Shown: piece after piece, positions 8,797 to 19,162 of the stretch
Layout: each line of letters starts with the position of its first letter
Position numbering within the stretch: position 1 is the stretch's first letter
Source of the DNA: Candidatus Dadabacteria bacterium
Lineage (GTDB): Bacteria > Desulfobacterota_D > UBA1144 > Nemesobacterales > CSP1-2
Reading direction: 5' to 3'
NCBI GenBank assembly: GCA_040289575.1
Contig: PSLL01000011.1
Location: 23,322-57,492 of the forward strand
DNA: 34,171 bases
Translations under genes and position numbers: made by a program
The notes under the pieces: model-generated
Told to the model about the DNA's origin: nothing
The model's input: only the letters and a program-made list of their open reading frames with translations
Databases searched by the model: none

Positions 8797-9659
8797 TTCG
8801 GGTTGCCGTCATTGGAAGCACGGGTCAGTTGGGGTCTGATTTGGTCCGTGTGTTACAACGGGCTGGGAATTATCGGGTCTTTCCCCTTAGCCATAATGAG
8901 GTTGAGTGCATCGAGCCGGATTCGGTTAAAAGAGCAATAACAAATATACATCCAGAAGTTGTGGTTAACGGTGCCGCGTTTGTGCGTGTTGATGAATGTG
9001 AAGATCGCCCTGATGACGCCTTTAGGGTTAACACCTTGGGAGCCCTTAATGTAGCAAGGGTTTGTGCTGAACTCAATGCCCTCTGTGTCTATATAAGCAC
9101 CGATTATGTGTTTGATGGAAAAAAAGGGGAGCCTTATACAGAAGAGGATTCTCCATGTCCCATAAATGTATATGGCACATCGAAGCTGGCAGGCGAATAC
9201 CTAGTTCGGCAGGCGTGCTCTAAATGGCTTATTGCAAGGATGGCCAGCCTCTTTGGAAAAGCAGGGGCGCGTGGAAAGGGGGGGAATTTTATAGAGACCA
9301 TTTTAACAAAGGCACGGGCGAGCGAGTCATTAAAGGTAGTAAACGACATCCGTATGTCGCCCACATATTCATACGACGCCTCTTGTGTGCTGGAGAATCT
9401 CATTGGGCAGGGGGCTACCGGGGTTTTCCACATTACAAACAGCGGCTCCTGCACATGGTATGAATTTGTCCAAAAGGCGTTGGATTTAGTAGGTCTAAGT
9501 GCGAAATTGGAGTCGGTCTCCTCCGCGGATTATCCTACCAGAGCCCGCCGACCCAAGAATTCCTCTCTGAGGAGTGTGAGGCTTTCTGAAAATGCCATTC
9601 GTTCCTGGGAGGAAGCATTGAGGGCTTACTTAATAGAGAAGGCGCATATTCCGTCATAA
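8793..9659 (+). CDS. rmlD: dTDP-4-dehydrorhamnose reductase
   Basis: GSTGQLG, VDECE, YISTDYVFDG, P.NVYG.SKLAGE, RRPKNSSL. The ATG at 8793 overlaps the rmlB stop (ATGA). Confidence 0.95.
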   Translation: MIRVAVIGSTGQLGSDLVRVLQRAGNYRVFPLSHNEVECIEPDSVKRAITNIHPEVVVNGAAFVRVDECEDRPDDAFRVNTLGALNVARVCAELNALCVYISTDYVFDGKKGEPYTEEDSPCPINVYGTSKLAGEYLVRQACSKWLIARMASLFGKAGARGKGGNFIETILTKARASESLKVVNDIRMSPTYSYDASCVLENLIGQGATGVFHITNSGSCTWYEFVQKALDLVGLSAKLESVSSADYPTRARRPKNSSLRSVRLSENAIRSWEEALRAYLIEKAHIPS

Positions 9660-9693
9660 GCAAATTCTCCTATGTATTCATTTAGGTTTGGTT

Positions 9694-10587
9694 ATGAGAA
9701 AACTGATATTTTCATTATTCAGGAAGATTAACAGTGCTTTGTCGGGTACAGGTCTTTGGAGATTTCCCGGCATTGCCCTCCTTTGGGGATTGATTTATAG
9801 GGCATTTAGCCCAAAGGGGATAGTTTTAATAACATGTCAGGGAAATAGAATGTATGTCAATACCGAGCTCGGATATGGCGGCATTGGCCCCATTTTACTG
9901 ATTAAAGGAGTCTACGAAGAGCATGAGACAGAGCTATTTAGGGAATTGATAAAACCCGGCATGGTTGTATTAGATATTGGGGCGAATATTGGATATTACA
10001 CATTAATCGCTTCTAAATTGGTGGGAGATGATGGGAGGGTATATGCATTTGAGCCGGACCCGAAGAATTATGAATTACTCGTTAAAAATATTGAAATAAA
10101 TGGCTACAATAACATTACCCCTATTCATAAGGCCGTATCCAATAAAAGCGGTAGGATTAAACTTTTCATTGATAAGCTCAGTCCATCTCTATCGTCCTTC
10201 TCAAAGGATAACGTTCTGGAGAAAGCGGGTTTCTTAGAGGTGGAGACGACAGCACTGGACGATTTTTTTGGTTTAACAGGGGGCGATACCGTAAATCTCA
10301 TTAAGATGGATACCCAGGGGGCTGAGGGGCTTATAATAGAAGGATCCGAGAGATTGTTAAGAAATAACAATCTGAAAATCATTATGGAATTTTGGCCCTA
10401 TGGACTCAGGAATGTTGGAACCGATCCATTAGGATTGTTGTATAAACTGCAGAGTTATGGTTTTGAAATAAAACCCATTGATAAAACGGACCGCTACACA
10501 ATGGATATGGGAGTAAAGAAGATCATTGAGATGTGTGAGAATAGGATGAATGGTAAGGGTTATGTTAATTTGTTGCTAGAAAAATAG
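9694..10587 (+). CDS. FkbM-family SAM methyltransferase
   Basis: YEEHET, VVLDIGANIGYYT, VYAFEPDP, LIKMDTQGAE, IIMEFWP. Confidence 0.92.
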   Translation: MRKLIFSLFRKINSALSGTGLWRFPGIALLWGLIYRAFSPKGIVLITCQGNRMYVNTELGYGGIGPILLIKGVYEEHETELFRELIKPGMVVLDIGANIGYYTLIASKLVGDDGRVYAFEPDPKNYELLVKNIEINGYNNITPIHKAVSNKSGRIKLFIDKLSPSLSSFSKDNVLEKAGFLEVETTALDDFFGLTGGDTVNLIKMDTQGAEGLIIEGSERLLRNNNLKIIMEFWPYGLRNVGTDPLGLLYKLQSYGFEIKPIDKTDRYTMDMGVKKIIEMCENRMNGKGYVNLLLEK

Positions 10588-10649
10588 GAGACACCAATTT
10601 TATATAAAAAGAGGAACGTTTTAAACGGCCTATGCATAGGTAGACAGTA

Positions 10650-11258
10650 TTGCTTTGCCAAATTTTTAGACAACTGAATTTCTTGCGTTGGCTACGCCGT
10701 CCTCCTAAGGTCAGCGTTCGCGATAAGTATCAAGTTGGTCGCTCTACGTATGGTGAGCCAATAGTATTGTCTTGGAATGAGGGGACAACCCTTACTATAG
10801 GCAGCTTCTGTTCAATAGCCGATGGTGTGGTTATATTTCTTGGTGGAGAGCATCGCACCGATTTGATTACTACCTTTCCTTTTAATGTCTTTCATGAAAG
10901 TGCCAAACACATTAAGGCACATCCGATTTCAAAGGGTGATGTTGTTATCGGTAACGATGTATGGATAGGTCGAGGGGCTGTAATTCTTTCCGGTGTTCAT
11001 GTAGGTAACGGTGCGGTAATTGGTGCTGAGGCCGTTGTAGCCAGGGATGTCCCGCCATATGCTATCGTGGTGGGTAATCCCGCTCGGGTTGTCTCTTACC
11101 GATTTACCCCGCAACAGATTGAACAGCTAGAGCAAATCGCATGGTGGTCTTGGACTGATGAAGAGATCGAACGTGCCATGCCCCTTTTGCTATCGAATGA
11201 CATTGAGGCTTTCCTCAAATTTGCCAATGAACGTGATGTTAGGAAAACAATTAAGTAG
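10650..11258 (+). CDS. CatB/Vat-related hexapeptide-repeat O-acetyltransferase
   Basis: [64 protein letters not shown] start is uncertain. Confidence 0.9.
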   Translation: MLCQIFRQLNFLRWLRRPPKVSVRDKYQVGRSTYGEPIVLSWNEGTTLTIGSFCSIADGVVIFLGGEHRTDLITTFPFNVFHESAKHIKAHPISKGDVVIGNDVWIGRGAVILSGVHVGNGAVIGAEAVVARDVPPYAIVVGNPARVVSYRFTPQQIEQLEQIAWWSWTDEEIERAMPLLLSNDIEAFLKFANERDVRKTIK

Positions 11259-11369
11259 AAAATAGGTCTAGCATTTAGTTTATTTTAGAAACTTTATATT
11301 TAGTCATAAGTCTGTTCTACGATCGGGACATTTTGTAACGAAAAATAATTATGAGGCTCAACGAATTCG

Positions 11370-12833
11370 ATGATCTCTCTGCTTAATGTTCTAAACCTCA
11401 TATCTGTCTTGTTTTCGCTTCTCTTTCACGTTCTCCTCGTTAGGTTATTCGGCGTAGCTTTACAGACGGATGTCTATTACCTTTGCACCGCAATTATTCA
11501 ATTTACGGTTGGGATTGTTGCATTTTTAATCAAGTTATATATACCTGTTTATAACGATGTAAAGGTAAGAAGCGAAGAGGAAGCAAAAAATTTTACAGGA
11601 GCCGTTTTGGTTCTGATATTTTTAATGGGTGCTTTCTTTTCCATTCTGGTTTTCGTTACTGCACCTTATATCGTAAAGATTTTTGCAAACGGGTTTTCTC
11701 CTGAGAAAATCTCACTATCTGCCCGGCTGGTGCGGGTACTATCGGTCTCAATTCTTTTTTCCTCTCTAACAATGGTTGTTACTGCTGCTCTCATTGCAAA
11801 CCTATTTATGCTGATAACTTTTTCTTCTTCCATAATTACCCCCCTCTTTAATCTTATTGCCCTTTTACTTTTTGTAAGAAATTATGGAATTGTGGCGATT
11901 ATGTATTCGATTGTTACTGCCTCGATTATAAATTTTTTAGTTGTTTCCGCATTCTTAAGGATGAGAGTAGGTTGGAAACTCGCTAATCCGTTTAAGAGGC
12001 CCGACATAGCATATCTTGTAAGACAGAGTATTTCCATGAGAATGGGGGGAGTTATAGCCGAACTCCAAGGGCCCATAACAAGCAATATACTTTCCTATTT
12101 TCCTACGGGCTATATCACTCTTTTCAGTTATACAAACAGGTTATTGAACGTGCTTTTTAATATTATAAACTCCCCGATATTACAGGTACTTTATTCAAAG
12201 TCCTCTAACCTTCTTGCGAGAAAAAGGGTTGATGAGCTAAAGGGTCTTTTGATTTCTACATTAATGAGTAACACTGTTTTATTCATCAGCGTAATAATTC
12301 CGCTTATCATCCTTTTTAAAAAGATATTTAGCCTTTTATTTGCTCCAAAGGTCACATCCAATGAAATATCAGTTATGTACCATCTCTTCTTAGCCTTAAT
12401 TCCCTTTTACCTGGCTCTTTCCTTTGAAGTGTCTTTTGCCGTTATTACTATAGCTATGAAAAAAGGGATAGAGGTTTTAAAAATAAATGTGGTTTTTACA
12501 TTTTTATACGGTGTTTTTTTTATACCCGCCATAAAGTTTCTTGCAATATTTGCGATTCCTATTGCTTTATTTATCGCGGAGGTTTATAAAAGCATAGTTT
12601 TTATAAACCTTGTGGATAGGGATATGCACATTGTAGATTTAGACATGATAAAGAATATGATCAAGTTCTCTGTATTTATAGGTCTCCTGGTTTCTTTAAA
12701 TGTTTTGTTTGCCAGTAGTTTTATCTATGGTATGTATCTTAATGTGATATTAGTCATTTTGTGGCTTATATTCATGGGTAAGGATACAATAGCCGCCTTC
12801 CATCTTATAGTCAGAAAAGGTGAGGTTAAATAA
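11370..12833 (+). CDS. MOP-superfamily flippase, MurJ/MviN-like (candidate O-unit flippase)
   Basis: Many hydrophobic helices over 487 aa, with MurJ-like motifs FG...TD.YY, YIPVY, AP.IV.IFA.GF, G.IT.F.Y..RL. Confidence 0.8.
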   Translation: MISLLNVLNLISVLFSLLFHVLLVRLFGVALQTDVYYLCTAIIQFTVGIVAFLIKLYIPVYNDVKVRSEEEAKNFTGAVLVLIFLMGAFFSILVFVTAPYIVKIFANGFSPEKISLSARLVRVLSVSILFSSLTMVVTAALIANLFMLITFSSSIITPLFNLIALLLFVRNYGIVAIMYSIVTASIINFLVVSAFLRMRVGWKLANPFKRPDIAYLVRQSISMRMGGVIAELQGPITSNILSYFPTGYITLFSYTNRLLNVLFNIINSPILQVLYSKSSNLLARKRVDELKGLLISTLMSNTVLFISVIIPLIILFKKIFSLLFAPKVTSNEISVMYHLFLALIPFYLALSFEVSFAVITIAMKKGIEVLKINVVFTFLYGVFFIPAIKFLAIFAIPIALFIAEVYKSIVFINLVDRDMHIVDLDMIKNMIKFSVFIGLLVSLNVLFASSFIYGMYLNVILVILWLIFMGKDTIAAFHLIVRKGEVK

Positions 12834-12898
12834 ATCGTTCTTCTGACCCTGCTCTTAGATGGAGTTAATTTCAACCAACTCAGTGGCGAGGTTGCCCA

Positions 12899-13603
12899 AT
12901 GATTAAAAAGAAATTAAAAGCCGAGACGATAACCGAGTATAACAGGTCTTATTTTGTTTCTCATAATCTGGATCTTCAGGAATCAAGATTGAAGAAGGCT
13001 TATGGGATGATCCTTGAAGAGAAGCCCGGCTTTCTTTTAGATATAGGCTGTGGGAAAGGGGATTTCTCCTCACTCCTTATTAAAGATGGCTGGAAGGTAT
13101 GGGGTACTGATTTGGATTCTTCCATAGTATGTGATGCATCTGGGAAGGGTTTAAACGCAGTGGTTGCTGACGTGGCTGAGGGACTCCCTTTTGAGGGTGG
13201 CTTCTTTGATTGCGTTTTTGCGGGTGAGATTGTCGAACATTTGGTTGATACAGATTTTTTTATAAAGGAGGTTTATAGAGTCCTGAAGAAAGGTGGTTCA
13301 GTGATAATAACCACACCAAATCTGGCGAGCTTTGAGAATAGAATTAGGATTCTCCTCGGGATTTATCCGATTTGGGTTAGCTACAGCTTGGAGGGGGTTG
13401 GTCATATTAGAGCATACACGCCAAGAGCATTAAAGAAGCAGTTAATGGAACATGGATTTACAGTCGAAAAACACAAGGGCAACTGGGTGCCATTCATACC
13501 GCAGAGATTCGCAGATGATGTGAAATATCCATTATTGGCTATAACAGGGGACTTATTCCCAAATCTGTCAATGGACATCATCATTAAAGCGAGAAAGAAT
13601 TAA
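12899..13603 (+). CDS. Class I SAM-dependent methyltransferase
   Basis: LLDIGCGKG, LPFE...FDCVFAGEIVEHL, RVLKKGG..IITTPN, HIR.YT. Confidence 0.9.
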   Translation: MIKKKLKAETITEYNRSYFVSHNLDLQESRLKKAYGMILEEKPGFLLDIGCGKGDFSSLLIKDGWKVWGTDLDSSIVCDASGKGLNAVVADVAEGLPFEGGFFDCVFAGEIVEHLVDTDFFIKEVYRVLKKGGSVIITTPNLASFENRIRILLGIYPIWVSYSLEGVGHIRAYTPRALKKQLMEHGFTVEKHKGNWVPFIPQRFADDVKYPLLAITGDLFPNLSMDIIIKARKN

Positions 13604-13620
13604 TTGCTTATCGGAGTTAT

Positions 13621-14277
13621 ATGAATACATCAAGTTTATACAACGGTAAGGCAACTGGCTACTATGAGAATATCCGAGAGGATATTATTAACTTGATTAC
13701 CGACAGGCCCAATAAAATATTAGAGATAGGTTGCGGAAAGGGATATACATTAAAGAAGTTAAAAGAATTGGGGAAAGCTGGTGAAATAGTAGGGATCGAG
13801 ATGGATACAAATTCGGCAGAGGAGGCAAAAGCTTATTTAGATGGTATTACATGTTGCAATATCGAAGAGATACTTTCTCTGCCTTTCGACAGGGGATATT
13901 TCGATTATATTATTCTTGCCGATATCCTAGAGCATCTTTCAAATCCCTGGAAAACGCTTAGAGTAATGAGGGATTATTTAAACGAAAAAGGTTCGATAAT
14001 AGCGACAATTCCGAACCTGCGGCATAAGTCTATAGTTTTGCCTCTCATCTTACGAGGGAAGTTTCAATACGACCCTGACGGGGGTTTAATGGATATAACG
14101 CATCTCAGGTTTTTCACAAGGGAATCTGTAACCTCACTTTTTAAGACCTCTGGATATTCGAAGGTATATTTTGTGGATTATCCTATTTCCTTTAAAGCTA
14201 GGGTAGTAGCAGTATCATCTTTGGGTTTCCTAAGGGATTTTTTTATCCCTAAATTTCGTGTGATTGCTGCAAAATAG
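13621..14277 (+). CDS. Class I SAM-dependent methyltransferase
   Basis: ILEIGCGKG, FDYIILADILEHL.NPW, IATIPN, G.MD.THLRFFT. Confidence 0.9.
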   Translation: MNTSSLYNGKATGYYENIREDIINLITDRPNKILEIGCGKGYTLKKLKELGKAGEIVGIEMDTNSAEEAKAYLDGITCCNIEEILSLPFDRGYFDYIILADILEHLSNPWKTLRVMRDYLNEKGSIIATIPNLRHKSIVLPLILRGKFQYDPDGGLMDITHLRFFTRESVTSLFKTSGYSKVYFVDYPISFKARVVAVSSLGFLRDFFIPKFRVIAAK

Positions 14278-14287
14278 GAGAATCTTA

Positions 14288-14926
14288 ATGGTTGAAGGTG
14301 ATATCGAATTTATAAGAAAGGTTCTTCGGTTGAATCTTTTGCAGTCGCCCTGTTTGGAGGTAGGAGCTGCGATAGAAGAACAGAACGCTAAGAAGTTGAT
14401 TTTAGAGGCTGGTCTTGAATATCTGGGTGCTGATATTAAACCGGCTCCTTCCATTGATTTTGTCGTTGACTTTGAGGATTCGAAAGGGGTATCTGAAAAA
14501 TTTAACGGAAAAAGAGTCCGTTCTATATTAATCCTTAACGTACTGGAGCACGTTTTCGATCCAATAGGGTTTCTGGATAATGCATTTAGTATTTTAGAGA
14601 ATAAGGGCACTTGTGTTATTATCGCGCCATCTGTCTGGCCTCTGCATAATTTTCCGTATGATTTTTGGCGTATTAACCCGGATTTTTATATACAGTATGT
14701 CAAACGGAGGAATCTTGAGATTATAGATAGCCTTTTTGAATATATAGGTTTCTGTAATGTTAAAGAGAACATGGTTGCCTCAAATGAATATAATCTCCCT
14801 CCTCCCTCATTAAGCAAATTTAAGACGCTTTGGTCGAGAGCAATTCACAAGTTTTTTAATACGTATGGCCGCAGTATGTGTTTCCCTCCTCACGTGGGGG
14901 TCGGAGTTGTTATCAGAAAGCCTTAG
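14288..14926 (+). CDS. Methyltransferase-domain protein (type 11-like)
   Basis: CLEVGA, Y.GAD, NVLEHVFDP, AP..WPLH.FP.DFWR. RBS AGGAG at 14276-14280 supports ATG 14288. Confidence 0.8.
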   Translation: MVEGDIEFIRKVLRLNLLQSPCLEVGAAIEEQNAKKLILEAGLEYLGADIKPAPSIDFVVDFEDSKGVSEKFNGKRVRSILILNVLEHVFDPIGFLDNAFSILENKGTCVIIAPSVWPLHNFPYDFWRINPDFYIQYVKRRNLEIIDSLFEYIGFCNVKENMVASNEYNLPPPSLSKFKTLWSRAIHKFFNTYGRSMCFPPHVGVGVVIRKP

Positions 14927-15022
14927 CTGAAATGTTGCACTTAAAAAGATACTTCGATAAGGATTTTAGCCTATACATGTTGATTCCGTAAGCATTGATA
15001 GACTCTCAAAAAGTGAAAGATA

Positions 15023-16009
15023 ATGAAGAGTGTTTTAGCAACTGTGATAATTCCCACATACCAGTATGCTAACTTTATATGCAATGCAATTGATAGCCTT
15101 CTTGAACAGTCTTTTCCTCAGAGTGAGATTGAAATAATAGTGGTTGATGACGGATCAACGGACGACACTTCTGAAAGGGTTAAGAGATATAAAGATAGAG
15201 TAAAATACATTCATCAGAGAAATTCGGGCAAGGCAGGGGCAACAAAGGTAGGGATTGATATTGCGCGAGGCAAATACATTTTTAATTTAGATGCTGATGA
15301 TTTATTCCTTCCTGATAAGATTCAAAAAGTCGTAAGTATTTTTGAAAAAGATGGGGACATTATTCATATAGGCCATCCAGCAATCTGTTGGCGGGCAGAT
15401 GATAATATTTGGGAAATAGAGTCTATACCAGATCATATTAAGTGGCATAAGATTTATGGCAGGGATTTACTGTCCTACTTTTACATGAGGCAAATGCTCT
15501 TTGGCGGAGGTTCGACATTTGCTGGTCGTGCTGATATGCTGAAGATGATTCCGATAAAAAAAGCAATAGATATGTACATAGATGAATACCTTGTTTTATC
15601 CGCTCTGAATCGCGGCTATACGTTTTTTATTGGAGAACCTTTATCTATTTGGAGGATTCATGGCAAGAACTATTCTTATAAAAACCCGGGTGAAAATAGG
15701 ATAGAGAGAACCATGTCTAGTATGGAAGCTGTTTTATCCGAAGTTATGAATAACGATTTTAGTGAGAAGTTAAGGATATTATATCAGCTAAAAGCAAGGG
15801 TCTCTCGAATAGCGGCAAAAGAAACGCTCAGCAAGAAATCCTTTTTGGATATAATGGATTTATGGTTATATTTTTTAAAAAATTACCGAATTTGGGGAAA
15901 AGATATTTTGATAGTTATCGAAAGCTATAATTTAATAAATAGAACCCTTCCAACCTTTCTATTGAGTCGGTTAAGGCGAATTAAGGCAAGAAACTCCTTA
16001 AAACTTTAG
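15023..16009 (+). CDS. GT2-family glycosyltransferase
   Basis: VIIPTY, IIVVDDGSTD, N.GK..A...G...ARGKYI..LDADD. Confidence 0.93.
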   Translation: MKSVLATVIIPTYQYANFICNAIDSLLEQSFPQSEIEIIVVDDGSTDDTSERVKRYKDRVKYIHQRNSGKAGATKVGIDIARGKYIFNLDADDLFLPDKIQKVVSIFEKDGDIIHIGHPAICWRADDNIWEIESIPDHIKWHKIYGRDLLSYFYMRQMLFGGGSTFAGRADMLKMIPIKKAIDMYIDEYLVLSALNRGYTFFIGEPLSIWRIHGKNYSYKNPGENRIERTMSSMEAVLSEVMNNDFSEKLRILYQLKARVSRIAAKETLSKKSFLDIMDLWLYFLKNYRIWGKDILIVIESYNLINRTLPTFLLSRLRRIKARNSLKL

Positions 16010-16037
16010 TCCATGTAACAAAGTCAAACTAACGGTA

Positions 16038-17219
16038 ATGAAACTTCTTCTTATCTCTAGTCATTTCCCCAATATTTTCGGTGGCGTTAGCGATTATAGC
16101 TATCTTCTGAGCAAGACTCTATCTAAAGAAGGCTTGGAGGTTTATGTTTTGACCTCTTATGATGATAGAGTAATAAATGATACTGAAGATAATCTGAGGG
16201 TTTTGACTGTAGTGAAAAGATGGAGCCTTATGGGCATACCTAAGATCATTAAAGAGGTAAAAAGGATAAATCCTGATTGGGTCTTGCTTCAATATGTTCC
16301 GTATATGTATAGCTATTACGGCGTTCCTGCATATATTGTTTTACTCTCCTTTGTACTCCGCATTATGAGATTTAAATTCATCACCACTTTTCATGAGATA
16401 GGTATGGAGTTAGATTTAAAAAAACCAAAATACTGGGGGATTGCAGTCTTACAGAGGTTGATTGCCTATGCTATGTGTATTGCATCGGATAAAGTGGTCA
16501 TAAGCTCAGAACCGTATAGAAAGACAATAGAAATTTTTGATAAAAAGGTGACTAAGATACCCATAGGAAGTAATATACTGCCAGTGTATATATCCGATAG
16601 AGATAAGAGGGAATTAAGACGACAAATATCGTCCGACCAAGAAATCATAATTTCCACATTCGGAGCTAATCCCAGGAGAAATTATTTATTGCTTAGGGTA
16701 ATAAAAAAGCTTAGAGAAGAAAAGTTGCCTGTTAAGTTTTTAGTTATTGGTGGATTTCCAAAAGATTGGATTGAGGCAATAAAAATAGAAGTTAAAGAAC
16801 TAGAGCTTGATGATGCAATCTGTTTTACTGGCTTTCTCAAATCGGAAGATGTTTATAGGTACCTGTCTATATCGGACCTTTTCGTCATATTAGAGGGTAT
16901 TAATAGCAAAGGGCGGGGTGGAATAAGCATAAAAAATACCTCTCTGACCGCTGCCTTTGCTGCCGGACTGCCCATTATAGGGAATAGGGGGCATATGACC
17001 AGTGATTTTTTAAATAATAGGGAGAATATTATTCTAATAGACTCTTTAGATGAAGAAACTATTTGTGAAGAGATCAAGAAACTGCTTGCCGACCCAACGC
17101 TTATAGAAAACCTCAAAATCGGTGCGGTCAGAACGTTTGAAACAAAACTTAGCTGGCCGATAATTGCAAAAAGATATATAGAGTTGTTTTCTTGTGAGGA
17201 GCAAATGGAGTATAAATAG
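16038..17219 (+). CDS. GT4-family glycosyltransferase
   Basis: GGVSDY, ITTFHE, IPIGSNI, FTGFL...V..YLS.SD, AFAAGLPII, SW..IA..Y. Confidence 0.88.
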   Translation: MKLLLISSHFPNIFGGVSDYSYLLSKTLSKEGLEVYVLTSYDDRVINDTEDNLRVLTVVKRWSLMGIPKIIKEVKRINPDWVLLQYVPYMYSYYGVPAYIVLLSFVLRIMRFKFITTFHEIGMELDLKKPKYWGIAVLQRLIAYAMCIASDKVVISSEPYRKTIEIFDKKVTKIPIGSNILPVYISDRDKRELRRQISSDQEIIISTFGANPRRNYLLLRVIKKLREEKLPVKFLVIGGFPKDWIEAIKIEVKELELDDAICFTGFLKSEDVYRYLSISDLFVILEGINSKGRGGISIKNTSLTAAFAAGLPIIGNRGHMTSDFLNNRENIILIDSLDEETICEEIKKLLADPTLIENLKIGAVRTFETKLSWPIIAKRYIELFSCEEQMEYK

Positions 17220-17221
17220 CC

Positions 17222-18280
17222 TTGGAAAAGAACATATCTAATTTCCATAAGGAAAGTAATCAGGCTCTTATAACCGAAAAGATACCTCAGTGTCCTTTAT
17301 GTCATAAAACTGGCAGAATCCTCTATGGAGGACTTAAAGACAGCGTCTGGCCTACCCCAGGCGAGTGGGCTTATAGAGCTTGCACGGGTTGCGACGTGAT
17401 TTGGTTAGACCCTCGTCCAATTGCCGAATGCTTCAACATCATCTATCCGAAGGATTATGTAACCCATGGTGAGCCTCCGGATTTCCTTTCTCCAAGACCG
17501 GATTTTTGGGGTAATATCAGGCTTGGGATTAAATTGGAGGTACTCAAACGCGCATACGGTTATCCTGTAGAATCTCGGAGCTTCGTTTCTAGATTTATCG
17601 GTATGCTTGTCTCTCATATCCCTTTTATAAAGCGTTGGGTTGGTTATACGGTCTGCTTTCTTCCGGCACGCAAAGGAAGGTTGCTTGATATAGGATGCGG
17701 CAACGGTGGTTTTCTGCTCACTATGTCAAAATTGGGTTGTTGGCAGGTAGAGGGTGTAGAGCCTGATAGCATCTCAGCCGAACTCAGCCGAAAGTCAGGA
17801 CTTAGCATATATGAAGAGCCCGTAGAGTCCATCACACTTGAACCCAACAGCTTTGACGCGATCACCATGCACCATGTCATTGAGCATCTCTCTGATCCTA
17901 TGGGGGTTCTCAAGAAGTTAAGTAGTGCACTCCGTCCGGGGGGATCGCTCGTGTCTATTTCACCCAATCCGCTTGCATTTCTTGCCCGTTGGTTTGGAGG
18001 GGATTGGCGAGGGCTTGATCCTCCCAGGCATTTTGTGCTGATGGGACCACAGGCATTAGCAAATATGTCCAGTCAGGTTGGGCTTGAACCAATAGTCTGG
18101 ACAACCGCTCGAAATAGTGAATGGATGGCTCGTGAGAGCATCTCAATTTCACGGCGTGGGCATACAGGTGATTATGAGGGACGGAACCTTCCATGGTTTA
18201 TTTCCCTAGGGAGCAAAATCCTTACAGTGTTAAACAATAGACTGGGGGAAGAGGTTGTCCTTGTAGCCCGGAAGAGATAG
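17222..18280 (+). CDS. Class I SAM methyltransferase with N-terminal CxxC/CxxC zinc ribbon
   Basis: CPLC...CTGC...LDPRP, LLDIGCGNG, FDAITMHHVIEHL.DP, W.GLDPPRH. TTG start. Confidence 0.88.
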   Translation: MEKNISNFHKESNQALITEKIPQCPLCHKTGRILYGGLKDSVWPTPGEWAYRACTGCDVIWLDPRPIAECFNIIYPKDYVTHGEPPDFLSPRPDFWGNIRLGIKLEVLKRAYGYPVESRSFVSRFIGMLVSHIPFIKRWVGYTVCFLPARKGRLLDIGCGNGGFLLTMSKLGCWQVEGVEPDSISAELSRKSGLSIYEEPVESITLEPNSFDAITMHHVIEHLSDPMGVLKKLSSALRPGGSLVSISPNPLAFLARWFGGDWRGLDPPRHFVLMGPQALANMSSQVGLEPIVWTTARNSEWMARESISISRRGHTGDYEGRNLPWFISLGSKILTVLNNRLGEEVVLVARKR

Positions 18281-18290
18281 TATCAGTTCT

Positions 18291-19162
18291 ATGAACGAAC
18301 CAATACCTGTCTTTATAATCCACTGGAACCGCCCGTATGACTGTGCTAGAACCGTGTGGGAATTTCAAAAACAGGGAGTTCCTGTAGAAATCACTGTATT
18401 GGATAATGGCTCAATAAAGGAAAACGTAGAGCGGTTGGAATCTATAATCGGTGATTACGCGAGTGTTGTGCGGTTAGGAAAGAATCTGGGTTTTGGTCCC
18501 GGACTGAATAAGGGGTTAGGGACTTGGCTCTCCCAAGGGGGCGGAGACTATGTATTGCTTTCTGCCCATGATGCAATTCCTCATGAAGGTTGTCTGTCGG
18601 GGTTGATAAAAGCGATGGAGGAGTATCCAGACGTGGGAATTGCATCGGCGGAATTCGGTGTGGGATATATAGCCGTTTCAATGGTTGGAGGGGACCATAT
18701 ATAGCCGATCACTCGCGCGGACAGGGGTTTGAGGCACACGCCTTTCCAAACGGAACCCTTATGATATGCCGGAGAAAATGTCTGGAGGAGATAGGGGTTT
18801 TTGACAATCAGTATTTTGCGTATGGCGATGAGGTAGACCTTGCCATCCGTGCCTGGAAACACGGATGGCAAGTTGGTATTGTCTGGGGAGCAAGGGTTGA
18901 AAACCCTGGGTGCTCTGTACCATCCACCGTCGCTTCCTATCTTCAGGTGCGCAATGCCATATTGCTTGTGAGAAGATGGAAGGGTTGGCATTGGGCACTC
19001 CTGCGCTCATTCCTTTTTAGCGTAAACACTTTTAGATTGCTTTTCTGGAAATCGAAATGACCCGCTGTATTCTCCGCTCGCGTGTGGTTAATGGCGATTA
19101 TGGATGCTTGGCTTGGCCACTATGGTGCGCCGCCAGCGCGATTGCAAAAATGGGTGGTCTAA
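18291..19162 (+). pseudogene. GT2-family (rhamnosyltransferase-like) glycosyltransferase, disrupted
   Basis: The N-terminal part (IIHWN, VLDNGS, NLGFG.G.N.G, HDA) joins NGTLM.CRR.C..EIG.FD..YFAYGDEVDL after a -1 shift near 18674 (gcc-[c]gt-ttc). The in-frame TGA at 19058-19060 is followed by PAVFSARVWLMAIMDAWLGHYGAPPARLQKWVV* ending at 19162. Repaired length is 290 aa. Confidence 0.82.

Noticed and set aside
10650..11258. CatB/Vat-like gene as an antibiotic resistance determinant
   Set aside because: The hexapeptide fold is shared with sugar O-acetyltransferases, and the context is glycan biosynthesis with no mobile resistance features.
5306..19060. In-frame TGA codons in wzm and the GT2 as evidence of TGA recoding
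   Set aside because: TGA is the normal stop in several ATGA-coupled gene pairs here (rmlC/rmlB, rmlB/rmlD, GT2/gmd), and both genes also carry frameshifts.
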